The translations under genes were made by a program, and so were the position numbers. A stretch of 64,000 bases of DNA from Bacteroidota bacterium (GTDB lineage Bacteria; Bacteroidota; Bacteroidia; NS11-12g; UBA955). Below, piece by piece: positions 49,394 through 56,712 of the stretch (the stretch's first letter is position 1; every line of letters begins with the position of its first letter). The notes under the pieces are model-generated. The model ran no database searches. It saw only the letters and a program-made list of their open reading frames with translations, and was not told where the DNA came from. Location of the stretch: positions 17,696 through 81,695 of the forward strand of contig JAIXYV010000040.1 of assembly GCA_027490055.1 (NCBI GenBank). The letters are read 5' to 3'.

Positions 49394-49443
49394 TAGCCGT
49401 CGGACCTGCGGTCCACGGTAAAAGTTGGACCTGCGGTCCACGG
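49394..49443. repeat. 30-nt repeat unit copy 2 plus 17-nt core copy 3
   Basis: 49394-49423 is identical to 49253-49282. The core GGACCTGCGGTCCACGG recurs at 49427-49443. Confidence 0.9.
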
Positions 49444-49450
49444 ATAGAGT

Positions 49451-49490
49451 GTGAGGAAGAGGGTGAGGATCAGTGTGAGGGTGAGGGTGG
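49451..49490. repeat. hexamer microsatellite, about 6.7 x GTGAGG
   Basis: gtgagg aagagg gtgagg atcagt gtgagg gtgagg gtgg. 49475-49487 is the exact reverse complement of 48771-48783. Confidence 0.85.
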
Positions 49491-49525
49491 CCAAATGTAA
49501 GCTCACTCCGTGAGTTTACATTTGG
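49491..49525 (+). other. 16-bp hairpin with 3-nt loop
   Basis: ccaaatgtaagctcac-tcc-gtgagtttacatttgg. All 16 positions pair on the plus-strand RNA (one G-U). The same position is a C-A mismatch on the minus-strand RNA. Confidence 0.7.
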
Positions 49526-49538
49526 GGGTGAGTGTGAA

Positions 49539-49577
49539 GAAAAAAGGCGTCAATGTTTTCACATTGACGCCTTTTTG
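49539..49577 (-). terminator. intrinsic terminator directly after tRNA-Leu (bidirectional in shape)
   Basis: ggcgtcaatg-ttttca-cattgacgcc: 10-bp perfect stem flanked by an A-run and a T-run. Confidence 0.8.
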
Positions 49578-49661
49578 TACCCAGGGCGGGACTTGAACCC
49601 GCACAGCCGTGAAGCCACAGGATTTTAAGTCCTGCGTGTCTACCGATTCCACCACCTGGGC
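49578..49661 (-). tRNA. tRNA-Leu (anticodon TAA)
   Basis: Minus strand: gcccaggtggtggaatcggtagacacgcaggacttaaaatcctgtggcttcacggctgtgcgggttcaagtcccgccctgggta. Cloverleaf with a long variable arm, anticodon loop ctTAAaa and T-loop gttcaag. No encoded CCA. Confidence 0.9.
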
Positions 49662-49663
49662 AA

Positions 49664-49688
49664 ACAAAAAAAGCCCTAGTTTGGGCTT
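49664..49688 (-). terminator. small intrinsic terminator between tRNA-Gly and tRNA-Leu
   Basis: Minus strand: aagccc-aaacta-gggctt followed by tttttgt. Confidence 0.55.
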
Positions 49689-49695
49689 CTTGTTG

Positions 49696-49768
49696 AGCGA
49701 GAAACGAGGTTCGAACTCGCGACCTCAACCTTGGCAAGGTTGCGCTCTACCAACTGAGCTATTCTCGC
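49696..49768 (-). tRNA. tRNA-Gly (anticodon GCC)
   Basis: Minus strand: gcgagaatagctcagttggtagagcgcaaccttgccaaggttgaggtcgcgagttcgaacctcgtttctcgct. Acceptor stem gcgagaa/ttctcgc, anticodon loop ttGCCaa and T-loop gttcgaa. Confidence 0.9.
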
Positions 49769-49838
49769 TTGAATTTTTAAGAACTTTTCTTCCCGATTGG
49801 GGGTGCAAATATAGAAAAAAAATTAAATTCGCTCCAAA

Positions 49839-49846
49839 TATTTTTG
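49839..49846 (+). promoter_or_regulatory. -7 box TATTTTTG upstream of the FAD oxidoreductase gene
   Basis: Exact TAnnTTTG, 10 nt before the ATG at 49857. Confidence 0.4.
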
Positions 49847-49856
49847 AAAATTTTTT

Positions 49857-50981
49857 ATGAAACATTATTCTTCCTATTGGGAACGCTCGGTATTACTCAG
49901 AAAATTCGACTTTTTGATTCTCGGCGCTGGCATAATTGGTAAACAAATTGCCCTCAAAATCCGGAAGAAAAACCCAAATGCCCGTATCGGAATCGTCGAT
50001 CGCTCCCCTATTTCTTATGGTGCCTCTACCAGAAATGCAGGCTTCGCCTGCTTCGGAAGTGTCTCCGAAATTGTCGACGACTTTAAACGCTCGTCACAAC
50101 ACGAAGTAATGTCGCTCCTCAATAAAAGATTTCAAGGCATACAACAACTGGTGCAAACTTTTGGCGCCGACCAGATTGGGTACCGCAATACCGGCAGCTA
50201 CGAAATATACACCGATCAGGAAGAATACCAGGATGCCCGAAATCATTTTCAAACTATTAACCAACTCATTCAAGATTATACCGGTCAGGCAAACGCTTTC
50301 CAATGGCAAAAGTCTGACAAGCTTCAAATGGCCTGCTTCGAAGATTGCCTCTTTAACCCTTTAGAAGGTATGATTAATTCGGGAATGCTTAACGAAACCA
50401 TTTCTGAACTGACTCATAAAGCTGGTATCATTCCTTTATATGGCTTAAACATAACTTCGTTGAATAAAGATGCCGGTGGCTATACCCTGATAGCCGACAA
50501 CGACCTGAGTCTGTCCTGCTCGCAACTCATCATCGCTACCAACGCTTTCAGTTCTCAACTTATGCCCGAACTGGATGTCGTGCCTGCCAGAGGTCAGATT
50601 ATCCTCACAAAACCTATCGCTGACCTGCCCTTTGATGGCATCTTTCACAACGACAAAGGCTATATCTATTTTAGAAATATTGATGACAGAGTCTTGCTGG
50701 GTGGTGCAAGAAATTATTTTGAAGCCGAGGAAACTACGTACGACTTTGAAGGCTCAAGCGCCAATTTTGAACACCTTAAAAAATACATGCAAGAGATTAT
50801 CCTTCCAGGCAGATCTTTTGAAATCGATATGCATTGGAGCGGTATTATGGCTATGGGTGAAGAGAAAATTCCTATAGTCAAGAAAGTTGACGACCATCTG
50901 ACGCTTTGCGTCAGAATGAGTGGCATGGGCGTGGCACTCGGACCGGTGCTTAGCGACGAGGTAGCGGCCTTTTTTGATTAA
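49857..50981 (+). CDS. FAD-dependent oxidoreductase (DAO family)
   Basis: 374 aa. Rossmann dinucleotide motif FDFLILGAGIIGKQIA, with length and layout typical of the DAO family. Confidence 0.75.
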   Translation: MKHYSSYWERSVLLRKFDFLILGAGIIGKQIALKIRKKNPNARIGIVDRSPISYGASTRNAGFACFGSVSEIVDDFKRSSQHEVMSLLNKRFQGIQQLVQTFGADQIGYRNTGSYEIYTDQEEYQDARNHFQTINQLIQDYTGQANAFQWQKSDKLQMACFEDCLFNPLEGMINSGMLNETISELTHKAGIIPLYGLNITSLNKDAGGYTLIADNDLSLSCSQLIIATNAFSSQLMPELDVVPARGQIILTKPIADLPFDGIFHNDKGYIYFRNIDDRVLLGGARNYFEAEETTYDFEGSSANFEHLKKYMQEIILPGRSFEIDMHWSGIMAMGEEKIPIVKKVDDHLTLCVRMSGMGVALGPVLSDEVAAFFD

Positions 50982-51505
50982 TTAGCAAGACTAAACCCTA
51001 TCTGGGTGATCTTCTTGTCCTTAAATCCAATCAGAATGGCAATATTAGATTTGCCCGGAGGTGTCATACACATGAAGTCGCCAACACACATAATATTATT
51101 GACTTTGGTATTGATATTTATATCTGATGAACTTGTTAATTCGGTAATGGTATAATTATCCATAGTGAGCTTTCCTTTAAAAGCCGACTTGGCCGCTTTC
51201 TTATCGCCATCCCAGTTATAATTTATTAATACAGCTTCAATCACTTTACCAGAAGGATCAATAGCAAATGATATCCCCCTATCATCATAAGCATAAGTAC
51301 GCTCAACGCCAGATGAACTGGTTTCAATTCTTGAAGGCGTGCCAAAATACGTCTTAATAGTAGATGGTGCCGAGTCTTTAGCCAGTATAAAACTGCCTAT
51401 CTGAATTTTCTTGTTTTTTGAATCAATAACAACCGAATCTGCCTGAGTTGCTCGAGCCGCGGTTGAAAAAACTAACATTAAAAGTACAATACAAAAATTT
51501 TTCAT
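50978..51505 (-). CDS. hypothetical secreted protein
   Basis: 175 aa with a signal peptide. No recognised motif. The 3' end overlaps the convergent oxidoreductase gene by 4 nt. Confidence 0.4.
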   Translation of the reverse strand: MKNFCIVLLMLVFSTAARATQADSVVIDSKNKKIQIGSFILAKDSAPSTIKTYFGTPSRIETSSSGVERTYAYDDRGISFAIDPSGKVIEAVLINYNWDGDKKAAKSAFKGKLTMDNYTITELTSSSDININTKVNNIMCVGDFMCMTPPGKSNIAILIGFKDKKITQIGFSLAN

Positions 51506-51509
51506 GCCT

Positions 51510-51517
51510 CAAACTTA
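51510..51517 (-). promoter_or_regulatory. -7 box (TAAGTTTG on minus strand), 4 nt before the ATG at 51505
   Basis: Plus-strand caaactta. Spacer is 4 nt. Confidence 0.45.
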
Positions 51518-51528
51518 CGAAAAAATAG

Positions 51529-51843
51529 TTATTTCACTTCCTTTAAAAACGCTTCCAGTTTATCCAGTCGCTTATCCCATAATTTCTTAAATACACTCAC
51601 CCACTCTGCTACCTCTTTTAATTGAGATGCTTCTATCTGGCAGTATCGCTCACGTCCAATTTTACTCACCCGAACTAATCCGCATTCTTCTAATAATTTA
51701 ATGTGCTGAGAAATGGCTGGCCGACTAATATCAAATTGCTCAGCAATACCATTTAAATGCATGGGCTTCTCTGCAAGCAAACTGATAATGGCCCTGCGAT
51801 TGGGATCTGCTATGGCCTGAAAAACATCCCGCCTTGCACTCAT
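51529..51843 (-). CDS. ArsR/SmtB family transcriptional regulator
   Basis: 104 aa. Contains FQAIADPNRRAIISLL and a winged HTH (LNGIAEQFDISRPAISQHIKLLEECGLV). Confidence 0.85.
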   Translation of the reverse strand: MSARRDVFQAIADPNRRAIISLLAEKPMHLNGIAEQFDISRPAISQHIKLLEECGLVRVSKIGRERYCQIEASQLKEVAEWVSVFKKLWDKRLDKLEAFLKEVK

Positions 51844-52325
51844 TGTTTTGTACAGAATGTATTCAGATTTCCTAAGGTTTGCTTACCCCCTTCTAGCGCA
51901 TTGAAATTTTCAATGACATATTGTAAGGCTTCGGCACTTGGCATTACAGTGCGCATTCTTATTTGAGTTCCCCCGTCTTTTTCCTCGAATGTCACATACG
52001 TTTGAAACCCACTGACATGCTTCGAAAACTCACTCTTCCCATCCGAATCATCATCGTGAGTAAATGAAATTCTTGAGGGTATCTCTATTTCCGAATACCG
52101 AATTCGGTTAGGGTAATCGGTGCCGTCCGGACCGTGCATCGTGAACCTCCAGCAGCCAGCTGACTGCATATTGACTTCTATATTGGTAATGGTAAAACCA
52201 TCTGGTCCCCACCATTTCTCGAGCTTATGAGGATTCACCCAGGCGTCAAAAACCTGCTCGCGTGGTGCATCGATAAAACGGGTATGCTCTACCTCGTTGC
52301 CGTTTACTTTTGATTCTGTTGTCAT
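51840..52325 (-). CDS. SRPBCC family protein (Aha1-like domain)
   Basis: 161 aa. Contains RFIDAPREQVFDAWVNPHKLEKWWGP, typical of the AHSA1/SRPBCC proteins that pair with ArsR regulators. Overlaps the arsR-like gene by 4 nt. Confidence 0.8.
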   Translation of the reverse strand: MTTESKVNGNEVEHTRFIDAPREQVFDAWVNPHKLEKWWGPDGFTITNIEVNMQSAGCWRFTMHGPDGTDYPNRIRYSEIEIPSRISFTHDDDSDGKSEFSKHVSGFQTYVTFEEKDGGTQIRMRTVMPSAEALQYVIENFNALEGGKQTLGNLNTFCTKQ

Positions 52326-52335
52326 AATTTTGAAA

Positions 52336-52343
52336 CAAAAATA
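52336..52343 (-). promoter_or_regulatory. -7 box (TATTTTTG on minus strand) upstream of the SRPBCC-ArsR pair
   Basis: Plus-strand caaaaata, 10 nt upstream of the ATG at 52325. Confidence 0.4.
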
Positions 52344-52404
52344 TATGTAAGCATTTACTTACGCAAATTTATTTTAAAATAGTTTTACTAATTGTCCAAA
52401 GGAC

Positions 52405-52412
52405 TATATTTG
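52405..52412 (+). promoter_or_regulatory. -7 box TATATTTG, 4 nt before the ATG at 52417
   Basis: Exact TAnnTTTG. Spacer is tctg. Confidence 0.45.
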
Positions 52413-52416
52413 TCTG

Positions 52417-52842
52417 ATGTTATTCGATCCCGAAAACCGAATTGTACAACTCTGCGCAGAAGGTATTACCAGTCGCGATTTATCTCATAAAGTCGCGCTT
52501 ATTGAAAGGGCCTGGAAAGAAGCCACCAGCGATATGGAAAAATGTGTATCGGCGCATTATATGGGAAGAATCAGGGTCGAGCTTAGTGATCGTTTAAACT
52601 GGGACAATCTGGCACTGGAATATGCCATGAAATTACCCGAAAATACCATCGCCACTTTTCTACCTTCTTTATACCTCAACATTGGCAAAAATTACCATGA
52701 CATGGGTTTGCGATTAAAAGCTTCCGAATATTATCAGATAGCTTTCGGCAAAGCCCTGATTCTGGATAACGGTCCTTATGGTAAAAAAATAAAATCCAGC
52801 ATCCTAAAGGCCATGGAAACCTTATTGAATAAAGCGTTATAA
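52417..52842 (+). CDS. hypothetical helical protein
   Basis: 141 aa, cytoplasmic and all-helical in appearance. No confident family call. Confidence 0.4.
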   Translation: MLFDPENRIVQLCAEGITSRDLSHKVALIERAWKEATSDMEKCVSAHYMGRIRVELSDRLNWDNLALEYAMKLPENTIATFLPSLYLNIGKNYHDMGLRLKASEYYQIAFGKALILDNGPYGKKIKSSILKAMETLLNKAL

Positions 52843-52856
52843 AAATTAAAAACCCA

Positions 52857-53333
52857 ATGAATACCTATTCAATCAACCAGATAAAAAAAACCATCAGCAC
52901 GATGGATGCCAGCGATATTGCGGCTATCTGTCTGCGAATGGCTAAATACAAAAAAGAAAACAAGGAGCTACTCTCCTATTTGTTATACGAAAGCACAGAT
53001 GAAGCTAACTACATAGAGCAGGTTCAGACCGAAATTGATGAGATGTTTGATTTGCTGATAGACAACGGCTCCTATAAATACATGAAGCAAATCAGAAAGA
53101 TCGCCAGGTTCATTTCAAAACCTATGAAATACTCTGGTCAGGCTGCCACACAAATCGAAATACTGATTTACTTCACCACCAAACTAAAGCTTATTCTTAA
53201 AAAGAAAAGCAGTTTAACTGCCCTTCAGAACTTGTATCTACAGCAATTAAAAAAGATAGACACGACGATGGCAAAGCTGCACGAAGATATTCAGTACGAT
53301 TACGTCAAATCGATTGAAGCGCTCAGATTATAG
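52857..53333 (+). CDS. hypothetical protein
   Basis: 158 aa. Follows the previous ORF by 14 nt on the same strand. No motif recognised. Confidence 0.4.
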   Translation: MNTYSINQIKKTISTMDASDIAAICLRMAKYKKENKELLSYLLYESTDEANYIEQVQTEIDEMFDLLIDNGSYKYMKQIRKIARFISKPMKYSGQAATQIEILIYFTTKLKLILKKKSSLTALQNLYLQQLKKIDTTMAKLHEDIQYDYVKSIEALRL

Positions 53334-53343
53334 CAGCATCAAA

Positions 53344-53859
53344 TTATTTAACTTTCAGAACAGTTTTACAAATAGCATGTAAACTGTCTTGATCAATCAT
53401 ATCATTGATTTGTTTTTCAATATTCGTATACCCACTTTTATCCCCGCAATCACATAATTCGGTGATGGCATTACGAGCAATGATCCATGATTGTAAGGTT
53501 GATAATGACGGCAATGAATCTAATTTAGCATAGTCGCTATAAGTCATTTTTAAAAAGGCAGTATGTTTAGATACCCCTCTGTTATCTATTAAATACCCTT
53601 TGTTTAAAAGACTGGGATAACTGGCAGGTTTATCAGCAATCTTTAAATCACCCGGATCAGGATAAGAGATAATACCACTATCATTATCCGACAACAAAAC
53701 GGGCACATTAAATCTGTAATCTCCAGATGTTTTGTAAACCATAACATGCGGACCAGGATTAAAACTTGGATGAAATAAAACTGGTAGAGCTTCTTTTGTT
53801 TGTGGTTTCGACTTACAAGAGGTCACAACCATTAGCATCAGTATGATGAAATACTTCAT
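53344..53859 (-). CDS. hypothetical lipoprotein, translationally coupled to the C10 protease gene
   Basis: 171 aa with lipobox VTSC. Its start overlaps the C10 gene stop by 4 nt. Confidence 0.45.
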   Translation of the reverse strand: MKYFIILMLMVVTSCKSKPQTKEALPVLFHPSFNPGPHVMVYKTSGDYRFNVPVLLSDNDSGIISYPDPGDLKIADKPASYPSLLNKGYLIDNRGVSKHTAFLKMTYSDYAKLDSLPSLSTLQSWIIARNAITELCDCGDKSGYTNIEKQINDMIDQDSLHAICKTVLKVK

Positions 53860-56471
53860 TTTTGAATGACCACTTTTTTATTAATGATGCCTTCAGATGT
53901 TATAAATTGAATCACGTATACCCCATTGCTAAAATCTGACATATCAATTGAATTGTTTTTAACAGACATTTCGACAGTGGTACCAGTGATACCCATCACA
54001 TTTACTTTATCTACGCTTAAATTATCTGCATTAAAATATATCAGATCTTTTACTGGATTTGGATATACAACTAAACGCTCATTGACACTTGATTCCCCGA
54101 TTGAAGTATTGGGTGTTCTTGTGATATTTACATCAAACAAGTACGTTCCGGTATTTCCGGTAAAGTAAGGAGACACCATAAAATAAACTGTTCCGCCACC
54201 TTTTACGTTTATGGTTGAAACAATATCGTCAAATACATCAGACCAGGTAGTACCATCCGTTGAATATGACACAATAGCATCCAGCGAATAGACATTGCCA
54301 TTTCCACTGCTATAAGAATCATGTAATCTGGCATTCACAACGTAATTATAATTGGCAGGCAAGACGATCTTGTAAAAATCATAATCATTTCCGTTGTGAC
54401 AGTTAGAACCACCTGTCGAATATTTAGCCAGATTACCCTGGAAACTTACAGGCATATTAAACGACTGTGCGAGGGTATTATTCACTTCGTAAACATCCGG
54501 GGTTATTCCAGGCGCCTTTAATTGCACCGTAATTGGATTAGAATAATTGCCACTTCCAAGGAACTCCCATGAACCGCCATCAGGCTTGTTCCAGATGAAG
54601 AACATGTATGTGCCGGGCTCGTCAGGCAATCCGCCGGTTATGGTATAGGTTAAACCATTGGTAAAATGCGTCATTGTAGGCAAATTCAAACCTGTTTTAA
54701 TGGATAATTCTCTTATCCATGTTCCGTCAGATTTATGAAGGTCTACAGAAACATCTCCATTAAAATCGGTCGTGCCATAATTAGCAATATCGAATGTGAC
54801 TGTGAATGATTGATTTTGCACTAATATTCCAGGAGTGGTTATTACTGCAGTATACAACTTTAAATCGTTAGTGGAATTATCATTGACTTCGAGTGTCACA
54901 AAATTTTGATAACTGCCATTTCCAACAGCGTACCATTGAGAACCTCCAGTAGGCTTATAGTAAATCCCGACCGTATAAGTACCAGGTGTCATAGCATTGA
55001 TACCTGCACTGGTAAAGGTTAAAGGATTCACATAATAGTTATTAAAATTAAGTGTGAAGCCGGTTTTTGTTTCTACAAAAGCGACAAACTGATTATCGCT
55101 ATTAAACACAGCTGCGGCATAATCACCACTATAATTTTGCGCACTGCTGGTGCCGAAATTAGCAATATTGGTCGTTACGGTAAACCCTTCACCATAGTCA
55201 ACAGGATTTGGACTGATTGTAATATTCGCATACAAACGAAGATCGTAAGCTGAGCTTCCTCCGGTGCCAGTGCTATTTGGTTGAATACCGATAACAGCCT
55301 GGTGGTTATTGTTAAATCCTCCTGTTCCTCCACCAGTACCAACACCGCCTGGATTTAGTGCATTGATAGAAAAATAACCATCATAAGCACCACCCCAGCC
55401 CCAGTTAAAGTGTAAAAAATCGTTGTTATCATAGCCATCTGCAACGAAACAGTGACCACCACCAGTACCAAATCCAGCATAAATAATCGGACGCGAAGCA
55501 TCTAATTCTGCCTTCATTTTAGAAAGCCATACTGAGCTTGTAAAGTTTTTGCGTTCTATTCCAGATAAAGTAGTTTTATAGTCGAAATAAGTCTTCAAAG
55601 CATATTCAGCGCAATTGGTATAGGCACTGGCTGAACTCACCACATAGGCACCACTGCCACCCGAAGAGGCTAGACCATAATTCATGTTAACCGAAACACC
55701 CACCTGGTACATTAAAGTTGCAACAGCGCTATTTGCATTGCTGACGGAGTTTGGCATAGACGACCAGTTATAAGTAGTTGAAGAAAAGTTAGCAGATAAG
55801 GTTCCATAAACATCGTGGTTATAAGAGTAAGAACCATTACCTTTCGCAGGATAGTTGTGGTACTTCATCACCTGAGCCATAGCAGTTGCAACACAACCTG
55901 TAACAGTTCTCTGTCCGTATGTGTTGTCGTATGGACAATTGGCATTATAGTATGGCGATTGATTCCACTTTGTAGTCAGTAATGGCGAAACACTTCCTCG
56001 TTTACCGGGCTGAGAAAAGCTTGAATTCTCGCCTTTCAATGCCGCCCAATCTGATGCTATTTCTTCAGTGGCAGGTAAATTATTGACTATTGCATACCTA
56101 ACTTGTTCTTTATAAGCTTCAAACCATTTAGCCACCTGTGGTGGCACATCTCCAGGAATAAAATTAGATTCTGCAGAATACCCCAAAATAGGCGAAACCC
56201 TATCATCAGCTGCAACCAAAACAAAGCCTTTCTCTGGAGCCGTGAACACATAAAAATAATTTTGAATTTCTACAGCTCCGCTTGCGTTTTTGGATTCACT
56301 TTTATAAACATAGGCCAGATTAAAGTCGGTGACCGATTTCAATTCTAAAGACAAGGTTCTTTGTCTGACAAATTTGATGGCTACATTCTCAGCCATTTGA
56401 GGGTCAACTGGTTTAGCAAAGGCATTCGTATAAACGACTACTGCTAATAATAAAATAAGGAACTTTTTCAT
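53856..56471 (-). CDS. C10 family (streptopain-like) cysteine peptidase with T9SS C-terminal sorting domain
   Basis: 871 aa with a signal peptide and an N-terminal Spi-type propeptide-like region. Catalytic Cys block TGCVATAMAQVMKYHNYP and His block GGGHCFVADGYD. Two tandem Ig-like modules of about 120 aa, then a PPC-like domain. C-terminal YPNPVKDLIYF...NGVYVIQFIT sorting domain. Confidence 0.85.
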   Translation of the reverse strand: MKKFLILLLAVVVYTNAFAKPVDPQMAENVAIKFVRQRTLSLELKSVTDFNLAYVYKSESKNASGAVEIQNYFYVFTAPEKGFVLVAADDRVSPILGYSAESNFIPGDVPPQVAKWFEAYKEQVRYAIVNNLPATEEIASDWAALKGENSSFSQPGKRGSVSPLLTTKWNQSPYYNANCPYDNTYGQRTVTGCVATAMAQVMKYHNYPAKGNGSYSYNHDVYGTLSANFSSTTYNWSSMPNSVSNANSAVATLMYQVGVSVNMNYGLASSGGSGAYVVSSASAYTNCAEYALKTYFDYKTTLSGIERKNFTSSVWLSKMKAELDASRPIIYAGFGTGGGHCFVADGYDNNDFLHFNWGWGGAYDGYFSINALNPGGVGTGGGTGGFNNNHQAVIGIQPNSTGTGGSSAYDLRLYANITISPNPVDYGEGFTVTTNIANFGTSSAQNYSGDYAAAVFNSDNQFVAFVETKTGFTLNFNNYYVNPLTFTSAGINAMTPGTYTVGIYYKPTGGSQWYAVGNGSYQNFVTLEVNDNSTNDLKLYTAVITTPGILVQNQSFTVTFDIANYGTTDFNGDVSVDLHKSDGTWIRELSIKTGLNLPTMTHFTNGLTYTITGGLPDEPGTYMFFIWNKPDGGSWEFLGSGNYSNPITVQLKAPGITPDVYEVNNTLAQSFNMPVSFQGNLAKYSTGGSNCHNGNDYDFYKIVLPANYNYVVNARLHDSYSSGNGNVYSLDAIVSYSTDGTTWSDVFDDIVSTINVKGGGTVYFMVSPYFTGNTGTYLFDVNITRTPNTSIGESSVNERLVVYPNPVKDLIYFNADNLSVDKVNVMGITGTTVEMSVKNNSIDMSDFSNGVYVIQFITSEGIINKKVVIQK

Positions 56472-56712
56472 TTGTAAAATTTGTGTTTTATAGTTCTAAC
56501 AGGGTTGCAATTTCGCCATTTATTTGCGCTATTCAAAATTCTAAGACAAAATATGACTATCTGGCAAATAGTAATTTAAGCGTCAAAACATTACGTTTCA
56601 TTTTAGATAAATTAGCGCCTAAACAAGTATTAATCCCATCAATTCGCCAGTTCGCCGATGCATTTAAACGATATAGATTAATTTCACTATCTTCGCCCCT
56701 TTAATAAATTAA

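Noticed and set aside
48880-49577. Diversity-generating retroelement around the Avd-like gene
   Set aside because: No reverse transcriptase ORF, no template/variable repeat pair with adenine-specific differences and no target gene are visible in the window. Stand-alone members of this family are common.
49516-49860. ORFs at 49516-49737 (-) and 49609-49860 (+)
   Set aside because: They run through the two tRNA genes and their terminators, so they are artefacts of the six-frame translation.
49578-53859. Integrative element or genomic island inserted at the tRNA-Leu/tRNA-Gly pair
   Set aside because: I found no integrase, recombinase or transposase gene and no direct repeat of a tRNA 3' end nearby. 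The neighbouring genes are small hypotheticals plus an ArsR-SRPBCC pair, which does not demonstrate mobility.
56483-56704. 73-aa ORF in the 241-nt gap between the C10 protease gene and rseP
   Set aside because: It has a non-ATG start, no promoter box at a sensible distance and no recognisable motif. It probably just fills the divergent promoter region. I also could not recognise any known ncRNA there.
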